In this document: piece by piece, positions 37,101 to 51,126 of the stretch
Layout: the number at the start of each line of letters is the position of its first letter
Position numbering within the stretch: the first letter of the stretch is position 1
NCBI RefSeq assembly: GCF_008831285.2
Contig: NC_045138.2
Coordinates: forward strand, 20,770,001 to 20,834,000
Source: Nymphaea colorata
Taxonomy: Eukaryota
Length of the DNA: 64,000 nucleotides
Direction: 5' to 3'
The notes under the pieces: model-generated
Database searches by the model: none
Told to the model about the DNA's origin: nothing
The model's input: the letters and a program-made list of their open reading frames with translations, nothing else
Made by a program: the position numbers and the translations under genes

Positions 37101-40100
37101 TTGTGCAAGCCGAAGTAGGCATAGGCCCTGGGAGTGAGGATATCAACCTCTGGTTTTCTGTGATCGAGTAAAGGCCGATAAAGTCTCTCAACCCGAGTGC
37201 GGTTTCCTTGACTCACAAATGAATTAAGCTGGTTCTTTCCAAACCATGAGATAGACTCTGATGTGCTACTAGTATGGCTCACAAATCTGCCAATTATGAT
37301 ATTTTTGATTCACTAAAATTTGGTAACATGCATCCCTTGTATCTTATTAATTGGAAGCAAGTAGTTACCTGTTTTTTATTCATTCTCGTTTCAAAAGTTT
37401 CTGTTCAAATTATTAAAAGATCAATACAGAATAGCTAGACTCTAGTTAGGTGGAATTTTTCATTAAATTAAGCTGATTCCCACAAATTTTTTTGGGTCTA
37501 ATATCTAACTGAAACCTCATTTGGATTGAAACTAAGTTGTTTATTCCGTTACGACAAGACGTGTATCCTTAGCCCTATTATTTTTTTTTTCTCCCATAAT
37601 CAAGTTGGAAGGAATAATGACTAGCAAAGAGAAATCAGGGTGCTGCCAAAGAATCTTTCAAGTTACATGTTCACAAGTGGACAAAGTAAGCATAAAAAAC
37701 TAGGAAGTTTCTAGTTTTCAGGCCTACCTTCTTTTAAAAAAGAAAGCTGCAGCTAATGCTTTCTATTTTTGAGGTTAAGAAATTCACTTTAGGCCCTTAT
37801 TCGATGGTCTTCATGAAATTAACGTGTGGCTCTTTCTAAAAAAACTTAAAAAAAAACAGCCTCTTTTTTATAATTATGGAGAAATGTATGATTGAAAATG
37901 AAAATTTCTCTAGACAGCACGTATAATCAAGATGTTATGTCAGCAAAGTCTTAAGGGATGAAGGACCCCAAAATCTTTTATGTCAGTTTATAAGCTTACC
38001 CAACGCCAGCATTTTTCAACATGTTTTCACATGCATCTGGAATTTCCCTCTCTTGTTGATCCCACTGACGATCTGAAAATCATCAATTTTTAAGGCAAGA
38101 TTCTGGTTGGTGAAGGCCGTCCTTATACTTGCGCCGCAATAAGGAAAAAAGAAAATTGCCTGTTGTTTGGCTTATGTTATGCTTTATATAATGAGCTTGT
38201 CTTTGCCTCTGTGTCAAATAAGAACACTTGTTGAACATAAAATATGGCGTAGTAGTGCTTTGTATAATATAGCAAGGGCCAACGAGCAAATGGTTGCAGG
38301 ATTGACCCCCAAATCCCGAGGGGTTGGTGCAATGGATGGAGTGGAGACTGTCGAAGCGTCAACTTTCTGTGCTGTATATGGGGGGCTGTACGGTGGGAGC
38401 GGGCACTACGAGACACCAAAAGCAAGTCTTGTATCATAAGGAGATTGGAGCTTAGGCATTCAACCGGGCAGTGGCTTTCCCTGCTCACTGGAACTAATAG
38501 TTTCAATGTTAAAAACTTCATTAATCTAATCCTTCATAATTATGCATCTTTTGGTTTCATCTTCTAGTAAGTTTTTCCTTCTTAATGATATCATATGTTA
38601 TTTATCTTGTTGAACACCTTTCTTCCACTAGCTTGTTTGTTTCATTTGCCAGCCTAGCTAACTACTACATGCTGAACACATATTTGTCTACTGAAAAGGA
38701 GAAGATCTTCTTCTCAAATAATGAATCATTGGGATCCCAATCATGATATATTGGCTTGTAGCAAACAAAGACCACAAAATTTCCAATTTCTGATCATGAG
38801 AGGTCACAATCTTGGAATGAGATTTCTCATGACATGAAAAAATGTGTCTTTGAAACACCAACTTCGGAATATTTTCATCCATTCTTTTATTGTACATTTT
38901 AGTATTGTGCAAGGCATACGTTCTTGAATAAGATCGAATTTTAAACCATCCTTTGCATTAGGGTTTTGAAAACGATACCCTACCAAACAGAAAAATCAAA
39001 TGTAAGATCATCCAATTGGCTTTGTTTTATCCAGATGACCTTTCCTTGATATGAGTTTCGGCCTGCAGTTGTACTGATCAAAATTTGGATTACTACATTT
39101 GATTTCTCAAATCAATTATTCATAGAGATGCCAACATATGTGATTGATTAAGAACCAATATTTGAGTACAAATGGAATTATAAAACTAGCAAGTTGAGTT
39201 GCTTCCAGGTCATGTTCATGAGGCTGTCCAGCAAGGTTGCAATAAGATGCTCTTGGTTGTACTAGAATTCCAACAAGAAAACATGGTTATAAAATTATTA
39301 CTTAATTAATCATGTACTTTGATTTTAGCTTAGTTTTGAGATCACATTTACAGGTCATCCTTATGAAAAGAAGTGAACCATGTCGTTAATTTCTGAAATC
39401 CTTGAATTAAGGGAAAAAAAAAAAGGAAACTTTATAAGAATTTGGTCATGGGCCATTAAAGTTGCTCAAACTGCATGTGCATTATCAAACAATCATTAAA
39501 AGAATATCATACTCATAGTGTGCTAGATGAATTCCAATCAAGAATTGCTAAGTTATATCTTATTGCTAAGTTACATCTTGCATACAGATTATATATGCAA
39601 TATATATGTGCAATATTTGCAGGAAAGTTGCATGCGTTTTAACCAAATGAAAATATCTTGATATTTTTAAAAGAATCCCAAAACCTCTGCCTGGATCCTA
39701 AATTAAAATGCTTAAAAGATTGACAATAAAAAATATAATTGGATGAATGCTCTTTAGTAGAACTTGGCGTTGGAAAATGATCTTTCTCTGGTCTTCTAAG
39801 CCTCCATCCATGCCATATTTGATGATTAAAATTAAAAGTTTTAGATTAAGAAATCATACAATTTAGTGCCAATTAGTTTTAGCCTAGAGAATTTTATAGA
39901 AATAAAACCACATGTTAGATATTTTGATCTACCATTTCGTTCAACTTTTCGTTCTTACTAGTACATCTACCAACAGTTTCAAAATAGCCAAAGCACTAGG
40001 CCAACTACTCGTCTACATGAGTAGTCATCTTATAAGGCTGAAGTGATAGAAACAATTTTATATAGTGCGCCAAGGGAAGGAATCCTAGGGATTACGCCAA

Positions 40101-43085
40101 AGGACAATCAGAACATGAACAATCATTGGAAGCCATAGTTTAGCATCCTAGAGTCTTTAGGGCGTATCCTTGCATGTACGTCCAGTTCTTAGCCAGTCAT
40201 TCATACTGATGTCATTATATTGTTGCTGTAGCTGATATGCTTCTCAAGGGCATCATATATAAGAGCATACATTTCAACATTGCAAGATTTGATCACCATG
40301 GTAACATCTCAAGTATACAATGACTCTTGAGATATTGAGAAAGTTTAACTAAACTTATTGAGCCTCGTACTTTCTTATTACATCTTGATTAATAACTTTA
40401 AGATGAGCTAGGGTAGGCTACTTGGTACATTGGGTTCCATTAAACAAGACATTTAAATCGAGTCAATATGGTTGGTATCGTTACTATTTCATATTTTAGT
40501 TCATTTCCTTCTTGAGTGTTGAACTGAAGTAAGTCATGAACCCTAATTGGTTATATGGGATGCTTCAATTTATCACTTGAGCCAACATCCAAAAGGTCTG
40601 GTTAGGGCATGAGCCTTGGTGCGGCTATCAAACAAGCTGGCCTAGCATGGGAAAAACATTGAAATTTGAAAAGTATTGTACTCGCCAAACTTCTAAGCAT
40701 ATATAGTGTGAAGTAAGTATTACTCTCTTCAACATGATTCTTTTGTAATTCATCCATTATATATTAAGTCATGTTCAACTTCAAGATTGAGAGTGCAGAA
40801 CTGAGGGAATCGTCCAAGATGAGCCATCCATAGCTAGTTTGCTTATACCATGAACTCGAAACTCAGCCTTAGGTCTGTATCTCGGCTTATGTTCACCAAA
40901 ACTACTCCCCAAGATATTTTGGCGAAATGAAGATAAACCAGCTTCCCGTATCTAAGAAAATTTGCTATAAATCGGGAATTCAAAGTTTCCCATGAAATTT
41001 ATTAATACAGCCTCATCGTTGAACAACATTAAATTAAGGGTCCCATAGAATATTGGCAGCTCTAGAGGAACCAAAATGGAGTCTCTATCATGTTATCAAA
41101 AATCTATGCATTTCATTGCATGCTTTATGACACCTTCAACTGCAATACTTAGCGATTAAATGGGGGTGGATGCATTGAGGGCGACCGCCTCCTTAACCAA
41201 ATTGATTATGGTGAAAAGAAGTCTTTGTTTAAGTTTTTTCAAATTTTAGATTCTCATATCAAGAAAAGTCTCTCACTTAGCCTGATTCTCACATGTTGGG
41301 AAGTTCTTAAGGCAATTTGGTGGAAGTGTTTAATTGTTTCAGTTAATTATTTTGTTTCTAGAGGTACCATATAGTTCGTTTCGGATTGCGACATGTAAAA
41401 ACTAGTTACAAATGGAAAAGAGCAACTTTTAAAATGGTAAAAGGAAAGATCAGAATATAGTCATATTTGAATTTAGATGTTATAAATTTCAAATGGATAC
41501 ACAGGATGTCCCTAGCTAGTGCAATAGTGCCCTTGTATCAATCTTTGGGATCTGGCAAGTAAAAAAGTTGGTGGATTCGGGAAAAGTTTCAACCAACCCC
41601 ATATTTGGGAGTAAATACAAAATGAAGAGAGAGTTCAAGCAAGTGCGGAATCGGACCTCATTTCAGGCAGTGGGATGAAATACTCCTAGCACACACTAGG
41701 AAGCGGTCTAGCATAGTTTCTTAAGAAAGAAGAACTGGGACAAACAGGCATCACATGGAAACTTCCAATGGTTGTAAAACAAGTTAGAAGTCCGTTTCAT
41801 TGAATGGCCGGGAGGGAGGTGTTGGTGAAGGGTCACTTCCAAGGAAGAAGTCTACTTATGTAAGGTACAACCAAATCCATAAAGAGACATATCATAAATA
41901 TCACATTGGGAACGACCAGAAAGGACCAAACGATCATGTTGAGGAATAGTGTTTCACTTCTTATCGTCAACAAAATATTATATACTTGAAGGAAGTTTGT
42001 GAGTACAAAAAACAAGGGTTCCCCAATTTCGTATTTGATAGAAAATGTTTCGAGAAACATGGAGATGAATGTAAAAAACTGAAAAGTTCAAGTATCTTCA
42101 ATCAACTTCCGTGTTTGTTAGAGCTTGAATTTGGTGCAAAACTCTTGACAAATGTTGAAAAAGTAAGATAAGCTGGATAAAATGTTTGGATATTATTTAT
42201 CTGGAAATCAGGATATCTATTATATGTGGTTCAGATGTCTCTATCATGTAGGTCCAGTGTGCTTATTGCTGCGGCCTGACGCTCTTAAGTTGTGGGTTTC
42301 TGCTAGCCTGGTTATGATCATCTGTCTATCGCCAAGAGGAGGAAATTTGAAAAAAAAAATGAAAAAGATTAATCTCTCAGTTAAGGCAATTGATAAATCC
42401 AGGTCTACTTTATAATTGTGATTAAAAAATCCATCCATGCCATATGCATTTCAAATTGTTGTAAGCTTAAACTTCTTAATTAAACTATATTATAGAATCA
42501 AACAAGTATCATGCAAAAGGAAGGCAAATGCTTGATTTGTTAAGGAAATTAATTAATACACTAAGCGTGCTTTCCATGGTCGAAGTGACAAAAGGATGAA
42601 TCTGTCGTCCAAATACAAATGTCGATGGATTGATTATCAAAGTGCAGATGTCAAGGATGGATTTGTCAATGAATTCGTCATCGAAGTGTAAATTGCAAGG
42701 ATGGATTGGTCGATCTCACGGTATGACAGAGACAAACGCATCAATCACTTACAAGTCAAAGATGAATATGGGGAAAAAATAATCCAAAATCAGGATACGA
42801 TATACTCCATTTACATATCTCAAATTTGATTTGAGTGCTTCACCTTATCCCAACCACGGGAATATCGCGTCATGATCCTTATTTTTTAAATATATCTCCT
42901 CACCTACCTTTAATAGAACCACAATTTCCTTTTAGAAATAAAAAAAATTCGATCAAACTCATGTAAGTTTCTTGAGCATTATTCTACATTTTAAACTTTT
43001 CATCTCGTCATAATACGATTTTTTCTTCTGGTTTGGCTTGAAGAAACCCTTACTCTGACCAAGAGACTTTGTTGCTGCTCACTTG

Positions 43086-43605
43086 GCCGCATAAAACCCT
43101 AAAGCTAGTACCCATAACCCCTAGTCGTAAGCTTACTTAGGCTTACGGAGGAGGTTGACGCCCATAGTAATTGAATAAATAACTAGTCTTACGTTAGCGG
43201 CCCAAGCAACCAGCTATGCTAAACCGCTTAGGACTATTCTTTTATATATTCAAACAAGTAAACATGCCAGTTTAAAAGAAAACTAAGGGATGAATCGTGA
43301 ATAAAAAGCCGCATAAAACCCTGAGGCTAGTATCCGTACCTCCAATCGTAAGGGAGGCGGTCACTAGCGGAGCCAGAAATTTTTTCTGGTGGGGTACTCA
43401 TTCAATACCACTAATTTCTTTGGGGCACCTATATGTATAACAATCAAATATATCAAACCTTAACATATATATTAAACTAATTTTGTGAGGCTGGTGGGCA
43501 GTTCCACTTACGTACGTTAGTGGCTCATGCAACCAACTATGCTGGACCCCAAAGCTGCTGTTATTTTATGTAGTTAAATGAGTAGACATGCAAGTTTAGG
43601 AGAAA
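43086..43605. repeat. Old ~220-bp tandem duplication with a MITE fragment inserted in copy 2
   Basis: GCCGCATAAAACCCT..GCTAGTA at 43086 and 43308, TACGTTAG.GGC.CA.GCAACCA.CTATGCT at about 43189 and 43513, and an insert starting CACTAGCGGAGCCAGAAATTTTT at 43362. Confidence 0.7.
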
Positions 43606-44394
43606 AAAAGAAAAACAAACTGTAGAAATTTTTTCTTGGCTCTTTTGGGTCTAATCAAACACAAGAGCTTTATTTAAAGAAACTGCACAAAAGAGGAAGA
43701 CATCTCCCATGATCCATCCATTTCCTATTTGCCTTGATCTGCTTCATAATAGATTGAAACTATTTGCCAAATCTTTTTCCACAATTGCATTTAAATGCAC
43801 TTAAATGTTGCAATTAACCATCTCTTAATATGGTGATCTGCTTTCTTATAGAATTGTCCTCTGCAACATCAAAATCAAAACATTTTTGTCCACTTCTTTC
43901 TAAAATTCATCCTCTTCTATTGCTTCCCAATTCATCTCCACCTCTTCCAATTGTGTTCTTCCCAATTCATCTCCAGTCGTGGGGCCGCGAAAGTGACTTG
44001 TGTCCTCTAAACTGCAAAAGGAATTAAGACGTCAATCTCGCAAAAGAAACCAAATGATGGTCGCAGCATCGTTGGATCCAGCCATTTCGGCTTCATCTCG
44101 TCTATGCAATGAACCGAAAATCATGGCGAATCGAGCTAGTGACCAAAGAGAAAGGACAGATTGGTTACTTGTGTTTTTGGATAGGTAAGTTGGAGCAGTT
44201 GATGTGTTTTAGGATCGAACTCTTGACCTTCTTCAACTTAAACACTTTTTTTAACCTTCACTATGACATGTAGGCAAATTATATATATACCTTTTGCTCT
44301 GGTGGTCCTTAGATGTGTTTAGCAGCTCAAAAGAAAACGTAAGGAAAGATTTAATATGCATGTTAAATATTAAATTAATAATTTTTAAAAGACT

Positions 44395-44558
44395 TAATTT
44401 GGTAAACGAAATAGTATGTAACTGTTTCATGAATCCTGATCCAAAAATTAAGACAGATTCGTAAAACATATACAAAAAATGTTTGATGAATCTATCTAAA
44501 ATTTTAAGACAGATTCATGGAACAATTAATAACTGTTTCATTTTCTAAACATGCCCTT
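44395..44558. mobile_element. Diverged fold-back MITE related to 52792-53018
   Basis: AACTGTTTCATGAATC...CAGATTCGTAAAACAT pairs with ATGTTTGATGAATCTATC...CAGATTCATGGAACAATT and ends CTAAACATGCCC. Related fragments lie near 31950-32060 and 55970-56095. Confidence 0.6.
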
Positions 44559-47500
44559 CAGTTTTGGATCCAAATGCTTCTTATAATAGTTAGTATTTAC
44601 TTTTCATAAATTTGGTTAAGATGTTGTAAGGGTCAATGTATTACTCTTTAGAAAACTTCCATTATTGCCAACCATGTGTTTTTTTGGTCAATATTTCATA
44701 AAAAAATAATTGAAATCCTTTGAGAACCAGGGTTTGCCCCCTGCCTTCCAAGCAAGGCCTACATGGTTCGAACTGGTGACGTCCTTTTCTTTATCTTATA
44801 ATATTTACAAGTTGTTCTCACACTTATAGATAAAAAATTATAATATTTTTTATGATAAAAATCTACAAGAACCCAAAATGAAAGCAAGGTTTGAACTTGT
44901 TATACTTTATATTAAATAAAAAATATTTAAAATAAAGAAATTTAAACTTCATGGGCAATTTGTTGTTATACTGGTGAGGCATATTTTTCTGTAATTTTTA
45001 AAAAGCGTTCAGCAAGTCTCGGAATTTTTCTTGTATTCTCTCGAATGCAACTTAAACAAAACAAAATAAGAAAATATAAATTTTAGTAAAAAAAAAAAGA
45101 AAAAGATAAAATCTCAAGAACTTCTAGAAGAAGCCTGTCCAGTGTCAAGGCAAAATTATGGGGTTTTATTAAAAAGTTTATCCCTTTGAATTAAGTTGGA
45201 TTTTTTTCGTTTTTTTAATAATAAAAAATTATAAATAAAATATTATATAGTAGGAGACGTTCGAATCCACCCCCAATAATTTCAAAATGACAGCTGGAAT
45301 CCGGCGGATCAGCAACAACGACACCTCCCTTTTTCCTTTTCTTTTTTCTTTATTACATTTTTATTCTTTTTCAAAATTTTCCTTTCTGGGAGCGTCTCAA
45401 TCATTGTGATTGCCAACAACGGCGCAACGTCGTCACCTTTTGAAGGTGTCAAACATATTTTTCCTTTTTCTCCTTCAGCTCCTTCAAAGCCACTCTTATT
45501 TCTTTTCGATGCGTTTTATGAAGCCACTTTTCAATAAACCACCTATTAATTGAAGGGGCGCGAGAATGGTCAAAGCCTTTGGACTTGTAGTAGTGGAGGA
45601 CAGATCTATGCTGATAATACAAAATAATCAATATATAGCTCAAAAATGCATTAATTTCCTTCATTTTTAATCTTTTTTTGTTTCGATAGTGGTATTTCAA
45701 ATCAATTTCCTAATGTTTAGAGTTATTTAGTTGGTCGAATTGATGAGCTCGTGAAAGTATCTTTTCATCAGTTCCATTATTTTCGTTATATGCATAACAC
45801 TCTAGTTAATAATGCAAGCGAAGTACAGAGAGACTTTGCTGTCGTTTTGAGTATTTTCCCCTCACATTCAAGTTCAAGAACTGTAAACAAGAACTTTTTA
45901 ATTATATATATTTCTAACTTATCGAAGGAGACAAAATCAATAATACTGAACTAACGTAGGTAAGGGATGTGGGTTCTCGAAGAACAAAGTCGGATCTGGT
46001 TTATTTGGATTATCGAATCCAGAATCAATGTCTGGGCAGCCGTTAGAGTCAAGGCTGGTTGGCGGGTCCGTATTGGATCCATTTCCCATTCATGTGAGGA
46101 CGAATTCCGATGTGATACAAGATTCTGAGAAATAAAGCGTTCACTTTATAGGCGTTGAGATCCTTTTTAGGATAAAAATTCAGATTTGACAAAAAATTTT
46201 GAAGAAATACAGCGACGGTCTCGGCAAATTGCAAAATGTTTGCGGTTTTCCAGTAAAGTCGCAGGGCTAGCGAGAAATATCTCTCTCTCTCTCTCTTCGC
46301 TTTGCCGCATTCTCGCTGTAGCGTGAACGGCGGGAGAGAATCACGGGACGTTCACCGCACTATGTGGGACCCACAAGCGGTTTTCCTCCCACATCCGTCC
46401 CCCCTTTTTCACAGGCGATGGACGGACGGAGGAGCAGCAATCGCTGTCACGTTAGCTCATCCGCCGTTGATCTCGCCACGACAGACGGAGAGAGAGAGAG
46501 ACGTTTCTTATTAAGCGAAACCGCTTTTTTTTTTATATGATTTCGAAAAGGCGTACATTGGTTAGCTGTTTTCTTACAGCCTCAATTTTTTTGCAAAGAA
46601 AGTTTTCTAACAACGGTTCTTCGTAATAGCTTAGTTTGCCACTTATTTCAGGAACAGTTACCAATGTAAAACGCGTATTCGTATGTGCATCCGATGCTGA
46701 GGCAAGACAAGCTGATGAGAATCTTATTAAAATATTGTTTTTAATTTTTTCTTAAACATAGAAAAATATGAATAAGAGTAACGACCCCCCCCTTGTTGCA
46801 CTTGCACAGCAAACTAATTGAAAATATTAAAGTGAACAATTTCTTTTTCTTTTTTTATAGAAAATATAACGTCGCAAGCACCGAGGCGATCCGAGGTATT
46901 AATGAAATCGTGAAGGAAAATCGCGTTTATTGGAATTAAGCGAAATTGTCGGCCTCTTAAGAGAAATATTTTTGTTCCCTCACCTTCCTCGAGATGCCCG
47001 TAGTGAAAGGCAGAGAATGTCTGACGGTCGTAGGCTTTGACTTTTGGTTCGTGGCCTCCCCGATGGCGATGAACCCAACATGACCCCACGAGCGGCAGTC
47101 CGACTCGACTCGGTTTGACGCCGAACCGAAAACTCTGGTGTTACGTTGAACAGCTCTGTCTCGGTGGGGAAGTATCGGCCTAACCTAGGGTTCGAGATCT
47201 GATCCAACAAGTGGCCAACCCATTCAGCTTGATTTCGGAAAAAATATTTACAAATCTTTATACGAAATCTACACTTGAAGTTAAACCCTCCTCCCCTTTG
47301 ATTTGAGATTTTATGGATTTCGACATTCTCACATATTATTTCAAATCTATGAGTTTAACAAACCTTGGATTTGGATTTATGTAAGAAATCCAACCTCAGA
47401 TGTGAGGTCCCAACCTTTACATATGACTCTGCGGTAGGTAGCAAATCACTTTAAACCTTCTATAGAATAGGTTGATGCAGACCGGCTTGATCCATTTAAA

Positions 47501-48062
47501 TCCATTTTATCTACCAACTTAAGTCAACAAGGAGCTTTCACAATAACTATTATAAGGACAACTGAACCATCGCCAGCCAGCTTGGTTCTTAAGACTTCTC
47601 AATAATAAAATGAGCCTCATTAAATGGAGATGCTAGAAAACCGAGTCACTAAGTTTGGAACCGATCCGATTCAGATCCGAGTCGACTCAGCTTCTAATTT
47701 TGAAACCGATCCGGTTCAGAATCCGGGTCGACTCAGGTTCATCCCCATCGCGACACGTGGCAGGAGAAGCGAGGGGGAGGGGGTTCGTAACGGGCAACAA
47801 CGTGGGGTAACGGAAATATTCCAGCCTGGTTTTCGGTTGGTTCTCACTGGACCACTACACCTGCCCCTCGCTTCCTTCCTTTCTTTTTAGGGAAGAAAAG
47901 GGGAGCGTTAATGTCGAAAGTGTCCTCCCTCCTTTCGGTCTATGCGCCGCTGTCACGAAGGGCATTTTCGTCAGAAGTCCCTGCCTCCCTAGGATTCCCA
48001 CAGTACTTTAGTCGTATCCAGGATGACCAAACTGCCCTCGCATGTTTAGGAGGCGAGGGTTT

Positions 48063-48106
48063 CCGTTAGATGCTGCACTGTAGCTCGGCGAGGACGGATC
48101 CAACGG
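48063..48106. promoter_or_regulatory. Pair of MSA-like (TCYAACGG) elements upstream of patellin
   Basis: CCGTTAGA (reverse complement TCTAACGG) at 48063-48070 and TCCAACGG at 48099-48106. Confidence 0.4.
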
Positions 48107-48472
48107 GAAACGCGGGAGGGCAATCCAGTCATTTAGGCATCCCACGCCTACTTCCCCCGCCGTATAATCATTAGATCATCGGCGCTACGGAGAGAGGGCA
48201 GTGCTCCCTACTCGGTGACTCGGAATGCCCCTAGTGGAATTATAAAGGACGGAAATAAATCCCGGCGATTATTCCGGTCAGCACCGGCGACGTGGGGGCC
48301 CGCGGTCTGGCTGTCTGCCTTCGGTGTTGTGGTTGTTTCACTATTTTCAACGCTCGAAACCTCTCCCCTCTTTGCATTTAAAGGGCCCCTACTCTCTCTC
48401 AAGCCCCCGGAAGCCCTCTCTCTTTCTCTCTCGTCTCTCTCTACCATTTTCTCTATTGGAGAAGCCTACTCT

Positions 48473-48549
48473 GTGAGAGAAAATCCCTCTACAACCATTT
48501 TCTTTCCCTTGGAAATCTCTCTCTTTCTGTTGATCTTCTGTTCCTGCAG
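48473..48549 (+). other. Probable 5' UTR intron of the patellin gene
   Basis: GTGAGA donor at 48473, CT-rich pyrimidine tract, TTCCTGCAG acceptor ending at 48549 (45 nt before the ATG); preceded by a CT-repeat-rich leader. Confidence 0.5.
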
Positions 48550-48594
48550 GACCGGTTTCTCAGGAGGTCCTTTTTTGCCTTAGTTGGTGGTGCC

Positions 48595-51126
48595 ATGGCG
48601 GACGAGTGCAAGGCGCCGGTCGCGGAGGTGAAAGAGACAACGGAGGTGGCTGTGAAGGAGGCCCCTCCTGTGGATGAGAAGGCCCTAGTAGTGGAGTCGA
48701 AGCCCGAAGTGGCGGAGGAGAAGCCCGAAGCGGCGGAGGGGGAGACAAAGCCCGCGGCGGAGGAGGCTGTTGCTGAGTCCGCGTCCTTCAAGGAGGAGAC
48801 CAACGTGGTCGCGGAGCTGGAGGATCCCCACAAGAAGGCCTTGGACGAGCTGAAGCAGCTCATCGAGCAGGCTCTCAAGAACAACGAGTTCTTCGCACCG
48901 CCGCCGGCTCCTAAGGCGGAGGAGGCGAAGCCTGCAGGAGAAGAGGCTGTTGCTCAAACTCCACCTCCGGCGGCGGAGACCGCCGAGGTAGTGGAGGAGA
49001 AGGCGGAGGAGAAGGTGGAGGAGAAGACTGAGGTTAAGGTGGAGGAGGTAGCTGCGGAATCCGCTAAGGTCGTGGTGGAGGAGGTCCCGCCGCCACCACC
49101 ACCGGCAAAAGCAACGTCGTTGTTGGAAGTGGTAGAGCACGCGGTGGAAAAGGTACTGGGACATGTGACACCAGCACCACCAGAGGCGGTTCCGGCACCA
49201 CCGGAAGCCGCCGCTCCACCGGCGGCGCCTGCTACTGCTGAAGAGGAAGGCGTGAAGACTGTGGAAGCTATCGAGGAATCGGTGGTGTCAGTGACTCCCC
49301 CTCCGGCAGAGCCCGAAACGGCCGTACTACCACCGGCGGCGGAAGAGGTCTCGGAGGCGCCGGCTCCACCACCTGAGGAAGTCTTCATCTGGGATATCCC
49401 GCTTCTGGGCGGGGAGCAGAGCGATACCTTGCTGCTGAAGTTCCTCAGGGCGAGGGACTTCAAGGTGAAGGACACGCTTGAGATGATCAAGAAGACGGCG
49501 CGCTGGCGTAAGGAGTACAAGGCGGACGAGCTCCTCGAGGAGGACCTCGGAGGCAAGAGCTTCGAGAAGGCTGTGTTCATGCATGGCACCGACCGGGACG
49601 GCCATCCCGTCTGCTACAACGTCTTCGGCGCCTTCCAGGACAAAGAGCTGTTCCAGAAGACGTTCTCTAGCGCCGAGCGAGACCACTTCCTCAGGTGGCG
49701 GATCCAGTTCCTGGAGAAGGGAATTAGGCAGCTCGACTTCAGCGAGAATGGCATCTCAACCATTGTTCAGGTCACCGATCTGAAGCACTCTCCTGGTTTG
49801 CTCAGCCGGGAGCTTCAGGTCACCAAAAAGGCCCTGGAAGTCCTACTTGACAACTACCCTGAATTGGTCGCTAAACAGGTATAGCGGATGCTCTGTTTTC
49901 TTCTTTGGTCTTTTTTTTTTTATTTTCCTGCTCATTTTTTGGTCGTTCTCTGGTGTGGAGTTGTTGGCAATAGAAATTTTAATGGTGATCTTTGATCTGT
50001 AGGTTGTGATCAATGTTCCATGGTGGTATCTGGCTTATACTAGGGTGTTCAACACCATTTTCACTCCCAGGACTAAGAGCAAGTTTGTGTATGCTGGACC
50101 TTCTAGATCGACTGAAACCCTCTTCAAGTAAGTACTTTGGCTGGATCTGTCACGGAAGCTCTTATGATCTTATTTGTTTCTTGGTTCATGGTGCTCGGTG
50201 TTTCTCCTTTGGCGGAAATTTTGTACATTCATCTATATGTGTCTGTGTTCTTTTCTTTTTCCCCATTGAAGCCGGTTGATTTAATGAGTGATACATTTAG
50301 CTGTACTTATGCTTCTCTTTAATAGCCTCTGCAAGCAAGTACTCTTCTGTATTACCGTGTTGATGGGTGTGATATTAATGGTTTTTTTTTCTCTGTTTCC
50401 TTTTTTCTTCTTCTTCCTTGGTGGGGTTTTAGATATATAGCACCAGAACAAGTTCCAGTGGAGTACGGAGGGTTAAGCAAAGCGGAAGACTCGGAATTCT
50501 CCACCGCCGATGCTGTGACGGATTTGTTCGTGAAGCCGACTTCTCCCCACACTATTGAGATCCCAGTTACTGAGGTGATTTCGCAGTCGCAAAACAAATA
50601 CTGTTGGTCTTTGAATTTGTGATTAGTTTATCTAGTATTCTGTTATGCTGTTTCTTCCCTTTTAAGATGATCATAAGCGATCCATTCACGGAGAGTCAGA
50701 GACTGGTGTTCAATTTTATTAAACGACCAAATGAAATTTATTGGGGAGAGAATTCATTATTCTAATTGTTTCCATTGAACCTTAGTTCATGAAGCTCTAG
50801 ATTTCTTTAGAGTTAGATGAAGAAAGTGTGGCAGGCTTATTCACAGTTCCTTGTATTTGTATGTGAAGGTCTGCACTCTTGTTTGGGAGCTTCGAGTTCT
50901 CGGCTGGGACGTGAGCTACGGCGCCGAGTTTGTGCCTGACGCAGAAGATGGATACACAGTCATCATTCAGAAGACGAGGAAGGTTGCCGCCACAGATGAA
51001 CCTGTCATCCGGAATTCCTACAAGATCGGCGAGTCTGGCAAGGTGATTCTCAAAATTGAGAACGCCACTTCCAAGAAGAAAAAGCTCCTATACAGATTTA
51101 AGACTAAGGTTGCAGAGTCGAACTGA
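48595..51126 (+). CDS. PATL: Patellin (Sec14/CRAL-TRIO lipid-binding domain plus C-terminal GOLD domain, acidic Glu/Pro-rich N-terminus)
   Basis: Exons 48595-49878, 50003-50127, 50433-50574 and 50869-51126 (1809 nt, 602 aa) have GT-AG sites and consistent phases. Motifs SFKEE, KKALDELKQL, IWDIPLL...SDTLLLKFLRARDFKV, DRDGHPVCYNVFG, DNYPELVAKQ, INVPWWY, YIAPEQVPVEYGGL, WELRVLGWDVSYGAEFVP and KKKKLLYR are patellin signatures. The paralog number cannot be assigned. Confidence 0.96.

Noticed and set aside
37040..38521. 80-114 aa ORFs in the gene-poor interval
   Set aside because: No recognisable domains, splice structure or coding signature.
39900..42200. Possible highly decayed retroelement (AALEEPKW-like at about 41060; GGGAGGGAGG-TGTTGG at about 41810)
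   Set aside because: The motifs are too short and scattered to support without a TBLASTX/HMM search.
48489..49783. Long alternative-frame and antisense ORFs over patellin exon 1
   Set aside because: Expected by-product of a GC-rich, Glu/Ala/Pro-rich coding exon.
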